NCBI GenBank assembly: GCA_052426225.1 | Contig: JBNJNM010000007.1 | Coordinates: 62,001 to 126,000 of the forward strand | Reading direction: 5' to 3' | From: Zancudomyces culisetae HAW-14-8 | Taxonomy: Eukaryota > Fungi > Kickxellomycota | DNA: 64,000 nt | Part shown: piece after piece, positions 48,432 to 61,526 of the stretch | How positions within the stretch are numbered: the first letter of the stretch is position 1 | Layout of the letters: the number at the start of each line of letters is the position of its first letter | The notes under the pieces: model-generated | What the model was told of the DNA's origin: nothing | Databases searched by the model: none | Seen by the model: only the letters and a program-made list of their open reading frames with translations | Position numbers and translations under genes: made by a program

Positions 48432-49122
48432 TTCTTAAATTATGGTTAAAATGCTACCTCTAAATTTGGTTTTGCAAGTAATATAGAAATAGAAAGCTTG
48501 GTGTTTTTTTTTACACTTTGAGAATCAATCTTTTTTAAAAAAAATTTTCATGCTAGTGGAGTATTTTGTTTTTGATCAATCATCCAAAAATTAGTGGCAA
48601 AAATTAGTAGACAAGAAAGAAGTTAGATGAGGAGAGGTAAAAAGCGTTTACAAATCAGAGAAGCTGCATTTTCTATCAGGCGATTTCCAGTATTGTAGAA
48701 GCCATAGTGTTAAACTCTTTAGTATCAGGATCTGAAGAACAAATAAGTGGGATTATGATAACTCCAGGAATCCGTAAATTTCACTTGGATCTTTATATTC
48801 GTTGCAGTTTCCTTTTACAACCAAGTAGAAACTTGTTGACTGAAAATTTTCTCAACTTGCTCAAAGTATCTGACGTTTTGGGAGTTTTTTTAGGGCGTTA
48901 TTGTATAATTCATCAACGACTTTCTTTATTATATATAAAGTAATAGAGAATAAGATGCACAATTTTTGAGATTGATGCTAACTACAAAAAAAATATAACA
49001 GGAACAACAATAATAAAATGAAATGCTGGATTTGAATAGTACTTTTCATGAGCCCAAATAGTTGATTCCAGGCTATTGGTGTTACAGTTTAGTGATCAGT
49101 ACAAATAGGAACACAGTGCCTA

Positions 49123-50607
49123 CTAATAATATTTCGTACTTCGCGTTTTTTGCACGGGTGTATCAACACTATCAGGTGACAAGTAAACCGAATCATCAGC
49201 TTGCTTCGCATACTTGTTCTTCATCAGCTTTGCGAATTTGTTTTCAAAATGCTGCTTAATGTTCGATAAATATCTCCTAGAAGCCCGGTCTTTTAGAGAA
49301 TGAATAATCTGAGATTTGCTGGTTACTGAGCTACTGCTTGTTGTGCCATCATCGTCATCATCATCATCATCATTGTCATCATCATTGTCATCATAATAGT
49401 AACTTTCGCCCTCTTCATTATTCTCACTTTCGTACTCACTACTACTTCTACTACTACCACTGTCTTCCTCGCTATTGACTGTGCTACTGCCATTGCCATC
49501 ACTATTTCTTCTACTCTTTTCCCTGTGTCTATACTTATTTTTGCCATACCTGTATTCGTAGTTTCTGGCCTCATCAATGTTGTTTTTCGGCTTTCTGTAC
49601 ATATTTATAGAACGACTGGCCTTCTCTACATCATTACGCGTAGCACATTTGATTTCCTTTTTGGAGCTTCTATACCGGTCTGGTTGTCGGCTTTTAAATT
49701 CGACGCTTTTCTTAAGTGTTTTACTGGAAGCAAAAACTGGCGATGTCGGTGAGATAGGCGGAGCCGATGTAATAAACTTTTTGCTTAGTCGCAGCTCTAA
49801 TCTGTCTACCTCGCTCGCTTGAACCATCAGTTTAAAACCTATTAAAAATAGAAATTCCTTTTCCAGGCTGTTCAGCTCATCTGTTGAAACGCCGCCTATC
49901 TATTTACATTATTATGGTTATATTTTTAGCGCCTCACTTAAAATTATAAATGTTAAATAAACTGCTACTACACAAGGACTCATATCCCCGTCCGAAGAAA
50001 ATTTTTTATTTACTAATTGAGATTTACATACCTTTGCATACTTTGAGTTGTTATAAAACACATCAGAGTTAAACTTGTGGGCTATAACAATTGCGGTAAG
50101 TAATAATCTGTGCACATTGTACGGATTGATGCAAAATCCTGAATAGTGTTTTTTAGCGACCAAGTAAAAATTTGCCAATGATACCGAGTTGTTAAAACCT
50201 TTGGAAAAATGCATATCATGCTCATAATGACTTGAAAATCGATGTAATTCATTATTTTCGATCAAGTGATCATCGCACCTCTTGGTAGAGTCTGCACAAC
50301 GGACAGCTTTTATTATTCTCTCAAAGTATATGAGAACAGAAAGAAGAACTTCAGAGGTGATGTTTGTGAAATAAACAATTCTGTTGATGTAGTTGTTTAT
50401 CGAAATGTTTGGAATTGTGACAGAGTTAAAGGGTGTTATACAGTTTTTGAACTGAGAATGCATTCTTGATTTTTTATGGTTATATTTGATCACGTCTTCA
50501 ATAAACAAGCTCATTAGTGTTATTGTATCATTAATCGATGATGATTTAATCCCATACCTCCCATAACCGCTAGAGCCATAGTTTGCATATCCCATACTTG
50601 AAATCAT
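49123..50607 (-). CDS. Pho85-type cyclin (Pho80/Pcl6-7/cyclin U family), 450 aa, 2 exons
   Basis: Exons 50607-50032 and 49899-49123. PNISINNYINRIVYF, NVHRLLLTAIVIAHKFNSDVFYNNSKYAK|IGGVSTDELNSLEKEFLFLIGFKL, followed by an acidic/Ser tail. Confidence 0.92.
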
Positions 50608-53118
50608 TTTTGTTTTGTTAAAGTTTATGCTGGATTGCTTTTGTAAAAACCTCTATTATGCCTTCAACTCGGTCGCTCGGAAATGTAAGTTTATAGTTTA
50701 TGTAGATTTACTCGTGTAGTAAACAATAAGTGGGTGTATAGGTATAATATTTATCGTCAAAATCTCTTCTTAGAGGTAGCCTTGTAGCTTTCAATTTGCT
50801 CTTAATTCTTTTTTGCACTGGTTGATAAATGGTATATTGATGGGGGGGGTTTGCTGTAATGTTGCGGTTTTCTTGGTTTTTAGTGTTACTATGAGATGTT
50901 TGTTAGGCTATACTACAAAATAATGTAAGTGTTATTGTTTTGGCAGAGATAGTAGCTCTATAAAATAAAATACTACATTCGAAAAGATTATTAAATATTT
51001 TAATTTTGACAGTTTTGCTGCTCAAATGTATATTATATATTGTAGTGGTTTAAATGAGCCCCTTGTTTTTGTTTTGATATGTTATTTATTTTGCAAAGTA
51101 GGTTTATAAAAAAAAAAGAAAACAACTGTCATAGCCACCGATATTATTGTAATGCTTTTTAGATTAATGTTGATAGTTAATATTCTCAGACTTGTGGTTG
51201 TCCAAAATGTCAGCATTACTAAATGAGAGGAACATCAGTAGTTGCAATAATTCTATAATTTTTTTTGCTTTGGTTTTTGCTTTCCAGGTAGCAGGATCCA
51301 ATAGTACTAGTGTCACTTTGTATACTGCGAATGTTTATATCAATAACATTATGAATTGCCAGTATGCTAACTATGATACGGTAATATTGGCCCAACCACA
51401 ACAACCGAGGGGTTGGTTTACAGCTTATTAGAACTCATCATAAGAAAGAGTGTTTATTCCTAGTGCTGCTTTTCATATAATACCGTTTTCTTCCCACTTC
51501 CCCTGCTTTTGTTATTTTCTCCCCTCTGTCGATTGAATACACCCAAATGGCCGTAGTTATTTTTTTTAGTTCAATAGGTACTAGTAATTTAGGTTTGGTT
51601 TGGATTGAATTGTGGGAATATTAGCTAATAAGCCTGTAATGATTGAATCCTACAAGTCTGCAAAAAAAAAAAAGCACCTGGTAATATTTTTTTCTATCCT
51701 TGTTCGATAACCAAGTGGCTAAAGGCGAATGTGCAATGTGTAGCTGATCAAAAAAAAAAATTAAACGTGTGCCAAATTTAAGCATCAATACGACGAAAAA
51801 CCACATACACATGTATAGTACACCAAGGTGCACATGGCTCTTCAAAGTTCATGTAACTCTTGTTTATTCTCTTCTTCCAAATTTTTTTGGTTGGCTAGAG
51901 TGCCAGCCAATATTCTACACTTTCATATGGTGAAATGTGCTATTTTTTTTGTTTTAATTTAAGTGAGTTTATTTCAACGTGGTTTGTGGGGAGACTGTGA
52001 TAGAAAGGAGGGGAGGATGTTAGCACAGTAATAAAATGTATGTGCCAAAGTAAGGATAGGGACTGTTGGTGCCAAGCTGAGTTCTGAGTCAAGGTGAAAT
52101 AATATAGGGTAATAAAAGCAGTAAGGCGTTGTTGAAGATAACTTACGAGCCAGTCAAATATAAATGCCATATGGAAAATTCATTTTACAATATGGTCTTC
52201 GTATCTTGAAAATTGAAAATAAATGACAATAAATGACAATAAATAATAATAAATATGTGCAAACTGAACTTTATCACTCAAAGCACTCTTCAACAAACAT
52301 AAGTTATTCTATGACTTTTATGGGTGTATATCATACAATTTATTCTACTCTCGTAGTTGATCATGTAGAGTGCGGAGGATTGGATGGGTAGTGGTATATT
52401 ACCCAAGTCAAGTTCAAGTAAAATGAGTTTGTACAAAAGTTAGTAGAGGAATAATAGCGGGAGTGGTGGGTATAAACCTTTCAAAATGTATGCTAAAGTA
52501 TTCAAATGAAGTTATAAAGGAAAGGGGGGAGGGGGAGATCTCTTACACAATAATCTGGAAGTGAAGAAGAGAAAGTATACATGAAAAACACTGCTGGGTA
52601 GTCATATTGGCGACATGTTTATCACATCAGTTAAAGTATTTTATGAAATAAAGCAACAGGGTGTGAATAAAAAATGTATTTTTACCATATACAAACTACT
52701 ATCTCAACAAACTCATCTATGTTTAACTTTATACTGTCATCTCTTTAATACATTCACTAAAGACATTCCTGTGTTAAAAATATACCTAAAATTATGAGTG
52801 AATGGGGTGCCTGAGGCGAAGGCAGACGTGAGCCAGATACTGTTTCTTGTTTTTGTTGCTTAACAGGTCGATTTTTCTTGAATATCTTGGTTATAATGGC
52901 CGGAATTAAAAAGTAAATAATAAACAAAACAATCACAGGGATATTGTTAGCTTTGGCTGCCAATAAAAATTAAGAAAAGAAAAAGACCATTAAGAACACT
53001 AGACCAACTTTCAATTTACAGCCAAATAAAAGGAGTAATAACGTAACACAGACCCCACATAAAAGTTAATACGAAAAAAGCAAACGAACAGGTGATATTA
53101 ACAAACCCAAGATAGTTA

Positions 53119-54894
53119 ATGAGAATAAACACAAGGAGAATCAAATTGATGTTAAGAATATTTGTAGCATCAACAGTCGTAGCGCTGGTTTTTTCTATGT
53201 TTTTGGATTTTAGGGTATTCTTGACTATTTTGCCCAAAAACACTACAAGATACTTTGGAGTATTAAACAAGAACAAAATGGAACCAATTCCAAACAAGGT
53301 GATAATCGTTGGTGGTGGACTTGCAGGAATGTCTGCAGCAATTCAGGCATACTTGAGCAGCACAGAAGTGGCAGTAGAAATAATTGATAAGGAAGCAAGA
53401 TTAGGAGGTAACTCTTCAAAGGCCTCTTCAGGCATAAATGGAGTCAACACCAAAACACAAAAAGAGGTCGGCGTAACTAATGACTCGGTGGAGCTCTTTG
53501 TTTCAGATACGCTCAAGTCCGGGAAAGGTCTTTCAAAAGAGGAGTTGGTGAAGAAATTGGTAACTGACAGTACAGAGGCGGTTACATGGCTCCAAAATTA
53601 TTTTAATTTGGATCTAAATGTATTGGCACAGTTGGGCGGACACAGTGCAAAGAGGACGCATAGACGGCCAGATCTTCCTGACGGAAGACCACAGCCAGTG
53701 GGCTGGGGTATTACAAGCACTTTGAGTAATTGGCTTGCTGAGGAATCCAAAAAGTCCAATGGGCGCTTGGTGCTCCATTTGGGCGCCAAGGCTAAGAGTT
53801 TGATTGCAAACCCTAGCGGAAGGGTGGTTGGCGTGGAAGTCGAAGAATCTCAAGGGGGTGATCAAAAAAAAATAGTGGGAGGTGCAGTTATACTGGCTAC
53901 TGGTGGCTTTTGTGGGGAGGGGCTGAATTCAGTGTTATTGAAAAAGTATGCACCAAGGCATTATGGGCTACCCACAACCAATGGCGCTTTTGCAACAGGA
54001 GATGGGATTTTTTTGGGCCAAGCGGTAGGAGCTGGGCTTGTTGATATGGAACAAGTGCAAGTGCATCCAACAGGCTTTGTTAGTATGAAGGATCCAACAA
54101 ACAATACCAAGTTTTTGGCAGCTGAAGCACTTCGTGGAGAAGGGGGGATACTGCTGAATAAAATGGGACAGAGGTTTATAAACGAACTTGCTACGAGAGA
54201 TGCAGTTACAGATGCGATATTTAAGAATTGCAGCGACGAAAAAACACGTGCAGTTGTAGAAGGTGTCAGGAAAGCGGAGGAAAGCGGGAAAAAGGCTTAC
54301 CAGGCAGGTGCATTCTTGGTTTTATCCGAGAGTGCAGCGGCGAGGTTTGGGGCAGGCTCTTTGGGTTTTTACGCCAAGATGGGACTGATGAACAAGGCTG
54401 AATCGTTTAATGCACTTGCATCAGCAATTGGTGCTGATGAGAGAGTACTGGCTGGAGAATTTTTACGCTACGATGCAGCATTCCACGGAATAACCAGTGA
54501 AAAATATGGGAAGACTGTTTTTCCTTCGCCCATGCTAAAGGTATCAGCAGAAAACAAAAACAAACTGGTGGAGTTGTTTTCCGCACATGAAAGCAGTCGT
54601 TCCACAGAAATCGAAGATGAGGCCATCAAACTGGCCTCAGGTGACAAATCAACATTTTACTGGGGTATAATCACACCTTCACTTCACTATACCATGGGCG
54701 GATTGTTGTTCAATTCCAATACCCAGGTTTTAAAAGAAGATGGGTCGCCAATATCTGGGCTATATGCTGCTGGTGAAGTCACTGGTGGGCTACATGGAGC
54801 TAACAGATTAGGAGGAAACTCGCTGCTAGAGTGCGTTGTTTATGGTAGCGAGGCAGGGAAGCAAGCTGCTGTATTTTCCAAGTCAAAGATATAA
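53119..54894 (+). CDS. OSM1: Soluble FAD-dependent fumarate reductase (Frd1/Osm1 family)
   Basis: VIIVGGGLAG, GGNSSKASSGING, LGGHSAKRTHR, ATGGF, VQVHPTGF, AEALRGEGG, ELATRD, HYTMGG, GEVTGGLHGANRLGGNSLLECVVYG. Confidence 0.94.
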   Translation: MRINTRRIKLMLRIFVASTVVALVFSMFLDFRVFLTILPKNTTRYFGVLNKNKMEPIPNKVIIVGGGLAGMSAAIQAYLSSTEVAVEIIDKEARLGGNSSKASSGINGVNTKTQKEVGVTNDSVELFVSDTLKSGKGLSKEELVKKLVTDSTEAVTWLQNYFNLDLNVLAQLGGHSAKRTHRRPDLPDGRPQPVGWGITSTLSNWLAEESKKSNGRLVLHLGAKAKSLIANPSGRVVGVEVEESQGGDQKKIVGGAVILATGGFCGEGLNSVLLKKYAPRHYGLPTTNGAFATGDGIFLGQAVGAGLVDMEQVQVHPTGFVSMKDPTNNTKFLAAEALRGEGGILLNKMGQRFINELATRDAVTDAIFKNCSDEKTRAVVEGVRKAEESGKKAYQAGAFLVLSESAAARFGAGSLGFYAKMGLMNKAESFNALASAIGADERVLAGEFLRYDAAFHGITSEKYGKTVFPSPMLKVSAENKNKLVELFSAHESSRSTEIEDEAIKLASGDKSTFYWGIITPSLHYTMGGLLFNSNTQVLKEDGSPISGLYAAGEVTGGLHGANRLGGNSLLECVVYGSEAGKQAAVFSKSKI

Positions 54895-55263
54895 CTAGTT
54901 TTTACTTTTTAACTCATTTTTTTGCATTTGTTTAAAATATTACTTGTGCAGACGTACAGATTTAGGAAGAGTGGGGCGCTCATTATGATTTGGTTAAATA
55001 TTTTTCGATCCAATCCGCCTCATTAATAAGTTTATTGGCCGAAAATTTATTCACAAACGAAAAAAATAAAAAATTTTCTTTTTTTTACTACAGATGAAAC
55101 AGATTCAGAAATGTAGGCTCATTAAAAGTGTATTTAAAGAATAAATAAAAAATAACTCTTGTTAATATATCGGTAGAAAAATAATAAATAGATAATTGTA
55201 TAAGTATATATAGTATTTAATAACAAAGCATTTATTAGAAAAAGACACAAGACATAATCAACA

Positions 55264-56268
55264 ATGGAAGCAGAAAAAATGACAAAAAAGCAAAAGAAAG
55301 CGCTGTTGTTCAAAAAAAAACAGAAGGGAGGCGACGCTGATACTACTGAGCAACAAGGGAAGGATGATCACGGTAGCGAAGTTGCAGATGATTCAGATGT
55401 GAATGAGGGTGATGAAGGAGAAAAGCAGGAGTCAAAAAAACAAAAATCAAAGTCGCAGAATCAGAACGAAGAGGTTGATGACACTGAGCATGAGTCAGAA
55501 CATGAGCACCAGGATAATGAAAATAACCAAAACGACAACGAGGAGAGTAACTCGCAGCAGAACGATGATCAAGATGATGTTAAGCGGAGGTTTTTGGCCT
55601 TTGTTGGAAATCTGTCATATGACACCACAAGGGAGGACATAGAAAAGTTTTTCAAGGCAGCAAGACCAACCTCAGTAAGGTTAATCACAGACAAAAACAC
55701 AGGAAAATCAAAAGGATTTGGATTTTTGGAATTCAGATACAGCACAGATTTGGATAAGGCACTTAAATTCCACAAGATGGAGTTAGACGGTCGCAAAATC
55801 AATGTGGAGTTTACTGTGGGAGGGGGAGGTAATAGTCAAAATCGTAAAGACAAAATACATGAGCGCAGAAAGGTATTAGACGAAGAGAGACAACAAGATG
55901 CTGTAAACAAGCATAAACGAGAGGGCAACAAAAGGGCTAGGTTTGATGAGGATGGTAGCGGTGCTGATGGCGGAAATCGTTTTGAAGAAGGTAGGAGTGG
56001 TGCAGATGACGGAGATGGTGGATATAGGGGTGAGGGCAACTACCGAGACAGAGGAAATTACGGCGATAATCGAAGAGGTGGATTTAGAGATGGCGGGAGA
56101 GGTGGGGGCAGAGGTAGAGGAAGAGGTGGGGGCAGAGGAAGAGGTGGTGGAGGCGGATTCAGGGGTAGGGGTGGAGGTGGAGGTGGATTCAGAGGTAGGG
56201 ATGGAGGTAGAGGTGGAGGCAGGGGTGGAGGTAGAGGCGGATTTAGGGGAGATAATGATAGATGGTAA
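55264..56268 (+). CDS. NOP6: Nucleolar RRM protein Nop6 with C-terminal RGG/GAR tail
   Basis: Acidic N-terminus, RNP2 AFVGNL, RNP1 KGFGFLEF, the Nop6-typical RKINVEFTVGGGGNS, and a long RGG tract. Confidence 0.85.
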   Translation: MEAEKMTKKQKKALLFKKKQKGGDADTTEQQGKDDHGSEVADDSDVNEGDEGEKQESKKQKSKSQNQNEEVDDTEHESEHEHQDNENNQNDNEESNSQQNDDQDDVKRRFLAFVGNLSYDTTREDIEKFFKAARPTSVRLITDKNTGKSKGFGFLEFRYSTDLDKALKFHKMELDGRKINVEFTVGGGGNSQNRKDKIHERRKVLDEERQQDAVNKHKREGNKRARFDEDGSGADGGNRFEEGRSGADDGDGGYRGEGNYRDRGNYGDNRRGGFRDGGRGGGRGRGRGGGRGRGGGGGFRGRGGGGGGFRGRDGGRGGGRGGGRGGFRGDNDRW

Positions 56269-56592
56269 CTTACCAGAAGCTACTAACTATAACACAGGCT
56301 GACCCTGGATTGAGTTGGGCTTGGGTTGGTTTTTTTATTTCATTTTTTTTATTATTGGGGAAAGAATAGCAGGTTATTTTATAGATTAGCGTTTGGTAGG
56401 GCGAAATGTAATTATTAAACATGTTTGATAGATTTTAATTTCCAAGGTAGCGTGTTAATTTGAGATAGTACAGTATATTATATTTACATATTAGAACAAG
56501 TGAACAGGCAGATAGCGAATAGCAAATAATAAATAGCAAATAAACAGAGAATATAAATGTGTGGTATTAACTAATGTGTCTTTTTTTACGTT

Positions 56593-58151
56593 TTAAGGCT
56601 TATGATGTTTGTGAGAACGGGATTTAAATCCCTTCTTTTCATTCGAGTAAAGATAGCCATTATTTAGTGTTCCTGTGGATGTTGACCCACAATACTGGTT
56701 CACAACATCTGCTAATAGTTTCCTTTTCATATTCTGCGATGCTTTAAACACATTTTGTAGCTGCTGGCTGTCAGTAGCAGATTGATATAATTCTAAACCT
56801 CGTCTTAGCTGAGGCAAGTTGTTTAATTGGTCCATATTTGTTGTAGTGTTTGATACCGATAGAGTTGCAGCATTGTTTTTTGCATATCTGTGTGGATACT
56901 GTTTTTTTTGCAAGAGTAGTTTATCAACCAATTCAAAGAGATGTAGCTTTGAGTGGTTGTATTTCTCCAACAACGGAACAATCCCCTTATGGTTTAGTTT
57001 ATCACTCTGGGACCGGTGTTTTAGACTCTGTGGACTGAAAGGAGTGGCATCAATATTCTCAGAAGCAACAGTATCAGGTTTGGGACTTATTTCGGTGCCA
57101 ACAGGTGCGAGACCGTCATCTAGAGATAATGCTAGGCGTTCAATCTGTGCCACTTTTTTATTATACGCTACAGAGTTGTTATTTGCACCATCATCACTGT
57201 CTTCAACAGACTCAGAGTCAAGATCACTATCAGGTTTATTATCGTCAGCACCATCACTGCCGCTGATACTATCACTGTCTTCGACAGTATCACTACCAGG
57301 AGTACCATCAAGTATAGCGTATTTGAAACCTCGGTTCTCGGCTTGGTTCCCAATTTTGTCGCTGGTATTATCATCACCATTTTGTATTATTCTTGCCCTG
57401 GTTTGTACTGTTTCTGTATTATCAGCCAATTTGATCTGAACTGCACCTTCATTCTCATCAATCCATGCTGTAACTTCAAATACCTTGTTACTTCGAAGCC
57501 AGTCAAGAATATAAATACAATCATCAACTTTTCTAGAGACACATTTTCGGTATACTCCAATTATCGTTTTCCAGTTTCCAAGCGTTATTCTTACGGGCTC
57601 AACCTTAAATTTCGCGGATTTAGGTTGTGTTTTATACACCAAATAAATGGCATATATCACACCTACTTGTATTTCAAGTGAGATCGAATCGGATACACCT
57701 TTATCACTAAACGGCAGGTATGATACTGTGGAAACCTCCCTGCCTCCTAGGTAATCGAGTAGTTGCTTGTTTATAAACCGCATGAATTCCTGTCTCCACA
57801 CTTTCTCTATTGCTACAAAATGAATGAGCGAAAATCCCAGATCCCGCCATACTTTTTTAAATGTTGTGAAATCTAAGCGCTGAGTCTATGTTTTTGTGTG
57901 TTTTCACGCTTAAATATACCATATTTAACATATTATAGTATTTATAGTAGTAACCAGTGTGATAAAAGTAAGTGTCAGAAAGTAGCAAAAAAGTTTTTAG
58001 TATGCTTTACCATTTGAAAGTTTCGCAAAAGCAATCTTAGATCGCCACTGATCGCTGTCGCCAACACTCCGTATCTACCAAAGCTCAGCACTTCTATTGT
58101 TTTGTACCGCTTGTTGTTATCGGTAGTCTTTGATTCTGCTTTCATATCCAT
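56593..58151 (-). CDS. SNAPC1: snRNA-activating protein complex subunit 1 (SNAP43/SNAPC1)-like (477 aa, 2 exons)
   Basis: Exons 58151-58011 and 57885-56593. DLRLLLRNFQ..LDFTTFKKVWRDLGFSLIH, QVGVIYAIYLVYKTQP, VRITLGNW and DCIYILDWLRSNKVF follow the SNAP43 N-terminal domain pattern. Confidence 0.78.
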
Positions 58152-58388
58152 TTTTCCTACTATCTTCAGTTTAAAGAAAAACAATGAAAAGTATTTTTTT
58201 TCGAATAGTAAAATTATATTAAAATGTTATAAACACTCCATCAGTATGCTGAATATTAACTATTTATTAAATAGAGTTGGCATTGAAAACACAAAATACT
58301 TTTTGGTATCTAAAAAAAAGAAAAGACAAGAACAAATGACGAGAAAAAAAAAATAAAGAGATAGACGAAAAACCTTTCAAAAAAAAAA

Positions 58389-59170
<782 letters not shown>

Positions 59171-61526
59171 TTATTTCTCTTGTTTTTTTTTACACTATAA
59201 AAGTATTTTTATACAGCTCTTGTTGTAATTCTTTTGTACTCTGTAATAACAAGGCAAATATTTAATATCCTATTTCAACACTACAATATCCCTTTTACAC
59301 TTTTCAATACATAATTTATAAGAAGCTCATTTTCCTCGAATTGAATTCCAAGTAAAGTCGAAAAGAAATACAAAAATAAATATACGACTACCACGCGAAA
59401 TACACACAAAAGGTTGCAGCCGCACAAATATAAGGCGAGGGTAAAGTAGAGGTGGTTTCAATAGAAGAGAAATGAAAATATCTTTGAACCATCCCTTTCT
59501 TCCCAGCTTCACTCCTGCCTCTCTCTTTGTGCCTTCTGCTTCCAGTTACTTCTTTTACCGCGTTCTGGTTTCAAATATTCTTTACATATTCGCAAGGGTA
59601 TATTGAGATTGTCATATTCTTTAACGATAAAAGGAAATCGGCAATCTCCAGAATCTGATTAAGCTTCTCGAACCATCAACAACAAAGGGCAAAGAGCAAA
59701 GGCCACGATACGGCCATAGGGGTGTACAAGACTTGAAAAGTATGACTAGATGACCTACCTTATTTTCGAACTGAATTGAATTGGATTAACTGAATCCTGT
59801 TATTTACCACAACCTTTTACTTTTTTCGGTTTGTTTTTACCTTTTAAAATATAATTGTGTTTGGGAATATTTGATAAAACCTAACGAAAAACAACAAATT
59901 AATTTAAAAAAATTTTTTGAGTTCCTAACAGCAACCCATAGAGCACCACAAAGAATTATAAGCTTATTGTTTGTTGCTTTCCTAAATTTCAATTTAGAAG
60001 GAAATAAAAATAAACAAGCGCAAAGACAAAACCAAAGCCAACCTCAAAAAGAAATGTAAAGCCAATTTCCTTATTGAGGGATTCTTTTTATTGTTTTTAG
60101 AAGAAAAGAGAAACATTACAAAAAGAGCCAAATATAAAGGGAAAATCGACCAACTTTCTATGGCTTCTTTGCTAAATTGCAACGAAAAACACAATTTAGG
60201 CGCCTGAAATTAATTTGGCCACATTTTGCGCAAATATCCATTATATTTCCCTCTACCTTAATTATTACTCGAAAAATATGGTGTCAAGCAGAGCTGATAA
60301 AAAAAAAATGCTAAAATAATATGCAAAAATGTAATAAACGTCTATTATTAGGTTGAATTTCTAATCTCCCGGGTTTAATGGGAAAACCTAAATATTGTTT
60401 ATCTTTACAACAAAATATGAACAGACACAAACATCCCATTCAGTATTAGCAGCAAAAGCAGCAAAGCTTTAGCAGGAATCTTTTGCTGTTTTACTTTTTT
60501 TAATACTTTAGTAATACACCCTCCCCCGGTGTTAGTGACGTTAGTGTTTAATTGAAAATATATTGGATTAGGGAAGGTGTTGGATATTTAATTATAAATG
60601 GCTACTGCAATTATTACTCCAGGTATATTAGAGGAGGGGAAAGCTCAATAAGACCCAGAAAATTGAATTTTCTAATAAATTCAATATACAAAGGATTGGC
60701 TTTTTGATTACCCCCCCCATTGTTTTCTCGACTTGGATACTCAGCAGCTCTTTCATATCAATGAGGGCTATCACACCTTTGTCCACTCCTCCTCGTCCCC
60801 TCTCTCTTTCTCTTCAATGTCGCTAGTGTTAACTTACTCCTTGGTAAGCTTGGTACAAGGATGCCGAGTATAAAGTAGTGACAGCAACATAATTTTCTAA
60901 ATTAAAAACAATTGATGTCTTGTTGGTTTTTGATAGGCTGGATTATGGACATCTAAAATTAAAAAAAACCCCCCAGCCCAGCAATTTCTAAGGGCAAAAA
61001 TCATATGATGAACAGACCAATCATACATGAAAGAGTAATTCAAGCAGTTTTTTCTGCTTTTCTCTTGACAAGGGAATCCATCAACCCCCCCTAAACACAA
61101 CCTGGCTCAACCTTTAAGGTATTTGTACACTTCGCACCTTCACCAGGACTAATAGTTTGATTAAAACAGGAAAAGACAAGTACACATTTATCCTTTCCCT
61201 TACCTCATTCATCAAACGAGCTAATTAATGAAAAGTATAATAGCTGGTAGGGTAACTCTGATATAGTTACCATGATTGTTGATAAGAAGAACAATGTGTG
61301 CCAAAATAAACTGGGATAAATTCTATTGTCATAAAAGATAAAAATAACAATCAAACATATGAAAAGAATGAATGCTAATCGCATTATTGAAATTGCATAG
61401 AGAAAAAGAGCAAGCATTATCGTGCTGGTTTTGCCTGTGCGACTGGATTAAATGCTAAATAAACAAATGAATAAAGTAATAATAAAAAAGTTATAGCGAC
61501 TTTAAACAAGTACAACATCAGCCACA

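Noticed and set aside
54892-54898. TAA CTAG read-through context after the fumarate reductase
   Set aside because: The efficient motif uses TGA, and the extension would be six residues with no targeting signal.
55403-56302. Alternative-frame ORFs over NOP6
   Set aside because: They are by-products of the acidic and RGG low-complexity coding sequence.
61205-61417. 70-aa hydrophobic minus-strand ORF
   Set aside because: It lies in the T-rich 3' flank of the last gene, and its composition explains the hydrophobicity.
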